This document shows, piece after piece, positions 61,349-64,000 of a DNA stretch of 64,000 bases (positions within the stretch are counted from its first letter, which is position 1; each line of letters begins with the position of its first letter). Source of the DNA: Lophium mytilinum (Eukaryota). A model generated the notes under the pieces. It had not been told where the DNA came from, did not search any database, and worked only from the letters and a program-made list of their open reading frames with translations. The stretch covers positions 1,557,520 through 1,621,519 of the forward strand of contig MU004193.1 in the NCBI GenBank assembly GCA_010093605.1. The letters run 5' to 3'. The position numbers were made by a program, and so were the translations under genes.

Positions 61349-64000
61349 CGGAGTAATATTTATCTATTCTATAGAGCCTCTATTATATAACCTCTAGTTA
61401 TATATTATACATAATTATATAGCTATAATACATCTCCCCCCTCTAAAGAAGCCCCCTAATTAAAGCTTTTATAAGAGAGAGTTCTTTCTATACTAGAGTA
61501 TCTATAGCCGCTTAAATATCTATTAAATAAAGTACCTAATTATATTTTAGCCGTAATATAAATAAAGGAAATAAATTAATTTATAGAGAATTACTTATTC
61601 TTTCTATTTTTATATAGCCTACTATAGCCTTACTATTTTAGTATAGTAGTATTACTATATATAGTTTTACTATATATAGTATTACTATACGCGGTTTTAC
61701 TATAGATAGTCTTACTATGCGTAGTATTACTATGCGCAGTCTTACTATATATAGTCTTACTATAAGTAGCCTTATTTATCTAAACTAAAGCTAGTTATAA
61801 TAGGGCTATAGGGAGCTGTATAATCTTTATAGCTACTATCCCGCTACTAGGTACTTATAATAATCTACGCTATTATATTATATTTAATTATTATGCATGT
61901 CTATAGTTAGGCCTCCTTAATAAATTAATTTAACCGCCGGTCTAGTAATTAAATTATATAGCTTCCGTAGTATTAGTTATATAGAGGTCTATTATAGTAA
62001 GAATAGTAGCTAAGGTTAGTTTCTAGTCTAATAGTAATTAGAATAATAAGTAAGGGCCTAGTTTCTTTAAATATTAGTAGTAGAAATCTATAATAAGGTA
62101 TAGGTAACTATTAGCGTAGTTATAGTTATTCTATTAGAGCTTATTATTCTATCTAATAAACTTAATCTTATATTATAGTATGCCTCTTTTTCTAGTAGTA
62201 GAATTAAAATATCTTCTATCTAGGCAGCTATCTATAACTTCTTTAGTATTGCCTTTCTAGTATATAGGTATTATTTAAATAGGGGGAGGCTTAGAATTAT
62301 ATTATCCTTTTATAGAAATAGCGTTAGCTAGATAGAGAAGCTATAGGTAAAATACTAGATAGATATTCTCTATACCTTTTAGTAGGTTAAGCTTATACGC
62401 GCTTCTATTTTTATAGCTCTCTAGAATCTTAAAGGGGTCTAGCTTTTTAAAGTTAAGCTTCTTATTTAGGCGCGTTATTTTAATAAAGCGTCTATTTAAT
62501 ATAACTTAATTACCTAGGTAATATATATAAGCTAGTTATTATTCTATATTAGTATATTTCTTCTACTTAGCTTAGGCCTATTTAATTTCTATATAGAGAA
62601 ACGCGCGTAATTTATCTATTCTAGTAATAAATTTATCTATAAGTTTTATAAGATAAGCTATTAGCGTGTTTATACTAGGCTTAGTTATATTATTAGATAA
62701 TTATGCGGCTAGTGTAGTGCCTATACTAGAAATATAGCCCTTAGTAGCTATAAAGGGCACTACTCTAGTAGAGGTATTCTTTACTAAGTTAGCTTTAAAC
62801 TTAGTAATAGTAAGAAAGTTATACTAGTTATCTTACTAGTAGTTAATATAAGCCCTAAGGTATTACTTTAGGCCTATATTAGTAACTTCTATTTATCTAT
62901 CTATCTTAGAATAAAATATAGTAGAAAGCTTTAGTTTTATTCTAATATACTTATATAGGCGGAACTAGAAGGTTAAGATAAATTATATTCCTCTATTAGA
63001 AATAATAGATTATAGATATTCTTTAGTGCGCTATACCTATTTAAGAAAGGCTTAGGTAACTTTCTTAGCGTCTATAGTAACTATAGGGATAAACTTATAT
63101 ATCTTAAAGAGCCTATTAATAACTACTATAATATATTAATAGTTCTATCTAAATTATAAGTATTTTAGAAGAGGGCTAATAAAGTCTACTATTAGATTAG
63201 TCTAGTATTAGTTAGAGATAGAAAGTAGCTTAAGAAAGCCTTATTTTACCTTACATGCGTGTTTAATATAGTTGCACGGCTAATAGGCCTTAATATAGCG
63301 GTTAATATTAGAGGTTATTTATAGCTAGAAGTAGTATATTAAGATATAGTTATAAGTAGATATAGTTCTACTATAACTAACTAGTAGTAGTTTATAGAGG
63401 CTCTTAATAATAGCTAACTAGAGTTTCTTCTTAGTAGAAATATATAGATAGTTCTTTTAAATAAAGATAAGGCTATTATAGATTATATAGTTATAAAGTT
63501 TAAGCTTAATGCTATAGTTCTTAATAATATTAATAGGTAAGCAGCGTAGTTTAGCTCTAATAGCGTTCTTAATAGCGTTAGTAATAATATTATTAGTAAG
63601 GGCCTCTTATATATAATCTATAATATCTTACTCTATAGTACTATTAGTAGAGCTATTCTATAACTTCTTCTACCTACCTAGTAACTTCTATAGTTTATTA
63701 TTAAGGTTACTCTAAGACTCTTCTTAATTAAGTTCTACTTTACTAAGGTTATATATTATTACTATAAGGAAGACTATATTATAAGTTACGCTATTAGTTA
63801 TAATATAAGCTAATTTAATAGTATAATATATTTCTAGTTTAAGATTATAGTCTTTTAAGATAGTCTATTACTAAATCTTATAGCGCTTATTATTTTTATC
63901 TAGTATATTACCTAGGCGCCTAGTTAGTAAATTAGCCTTACTATTATCCTTTTCTAGTCTATATATAATCCGGAAATTAAACTTAGAGAGAAATTTAGCC
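61349..64000 (-). mobile_element. RIP-inactivated Ty3/Gypsy LTR retrotransposon (chromovirus), 3' part: RNase H end, integrase, chromodomain, PPT, partial 3' LTR
   Basis: Minus-strand translation gives FLSKFNFRIIYRLEKDNSKAN (RNase H end), YF*L*ITSNINRYIKAY*PC (HHCC), VDFISPL, VVINRL, SIISNRGI*FI, LSTIFYSKIDR*IE..N..LK*YLRAYINY**DN* (integrase), KLDPFKI (GPF) and L*YKIKFIR* (chromodomain); stops sit at conserved W/Q codons; PPT AGAGGGGGGAGA followed by TG at 61432. Confidence 0.92.
61648..61767. repeat. 15-bp tandem repeat, 8 units, in the 3' untranslated part of the retrotransposon
   Basis: agtattactatatat agttttactatatat agtattactatacgc ggttttactatagat agtcttactatgcgt agtattactatgcgc agtcttactatatat agtcttactataagt. 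Confidence 0.9.

Noticed and set aside
61648..61767. Short periodic repeats as a CRISPR-like array (also 30642-30740 and 31302-31480)
   Set aside because: Units are directly adjacent with no unique spacers, and the DNA is eukaryotic; these are ordinary tandem repeats

Overview
Eukaryotic DNA from a filamentous ascomycete (Pezizomycotina; short GT-AG introns with CTAAC/CTGAC branch sites and a RIP-mutated repeat block; possibly a Dothideomycete, not determinable here). Positions 1-57.5 kb are GC-balanced and gene-rich, with about 20 genes: aldo-keto reductase (partial), CorA-like protein, M14 carboxypeptidase, two Zn2Cys6 transcription factors, an SRPK-like kinase, a HET-domain gene plus a HET-like remnant, an NPR/HAL-family kinase, Ssk1 response regulator, an AlkB-type dioxygenase with an SRA-like domain, two MFS transporters, Sqt1, a second short HET gene, a secreted multi-Kex2-site protein and a DUF427-like gene. 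From about 57.55 kb to the end is an AT-rich RIP-degraded block; its right part is a minus-strand Ty3/Gypsy chromovirus (RNase H-integrase-chromodomain-PPT-LTR) and its left part is unassigned. The most unusual locus is 10.5-16.2 kb: a HET protein with three tandem PAM2-like (PABP MLLE-binding) motifs at its N-terminus, bracketed by diverged ~350-400 bp direct repeats that lie at almost the same distance upstream of the HET gene and of the neighbouring kinase gene. All gene models and alignments were read by eye; no database searches were run.
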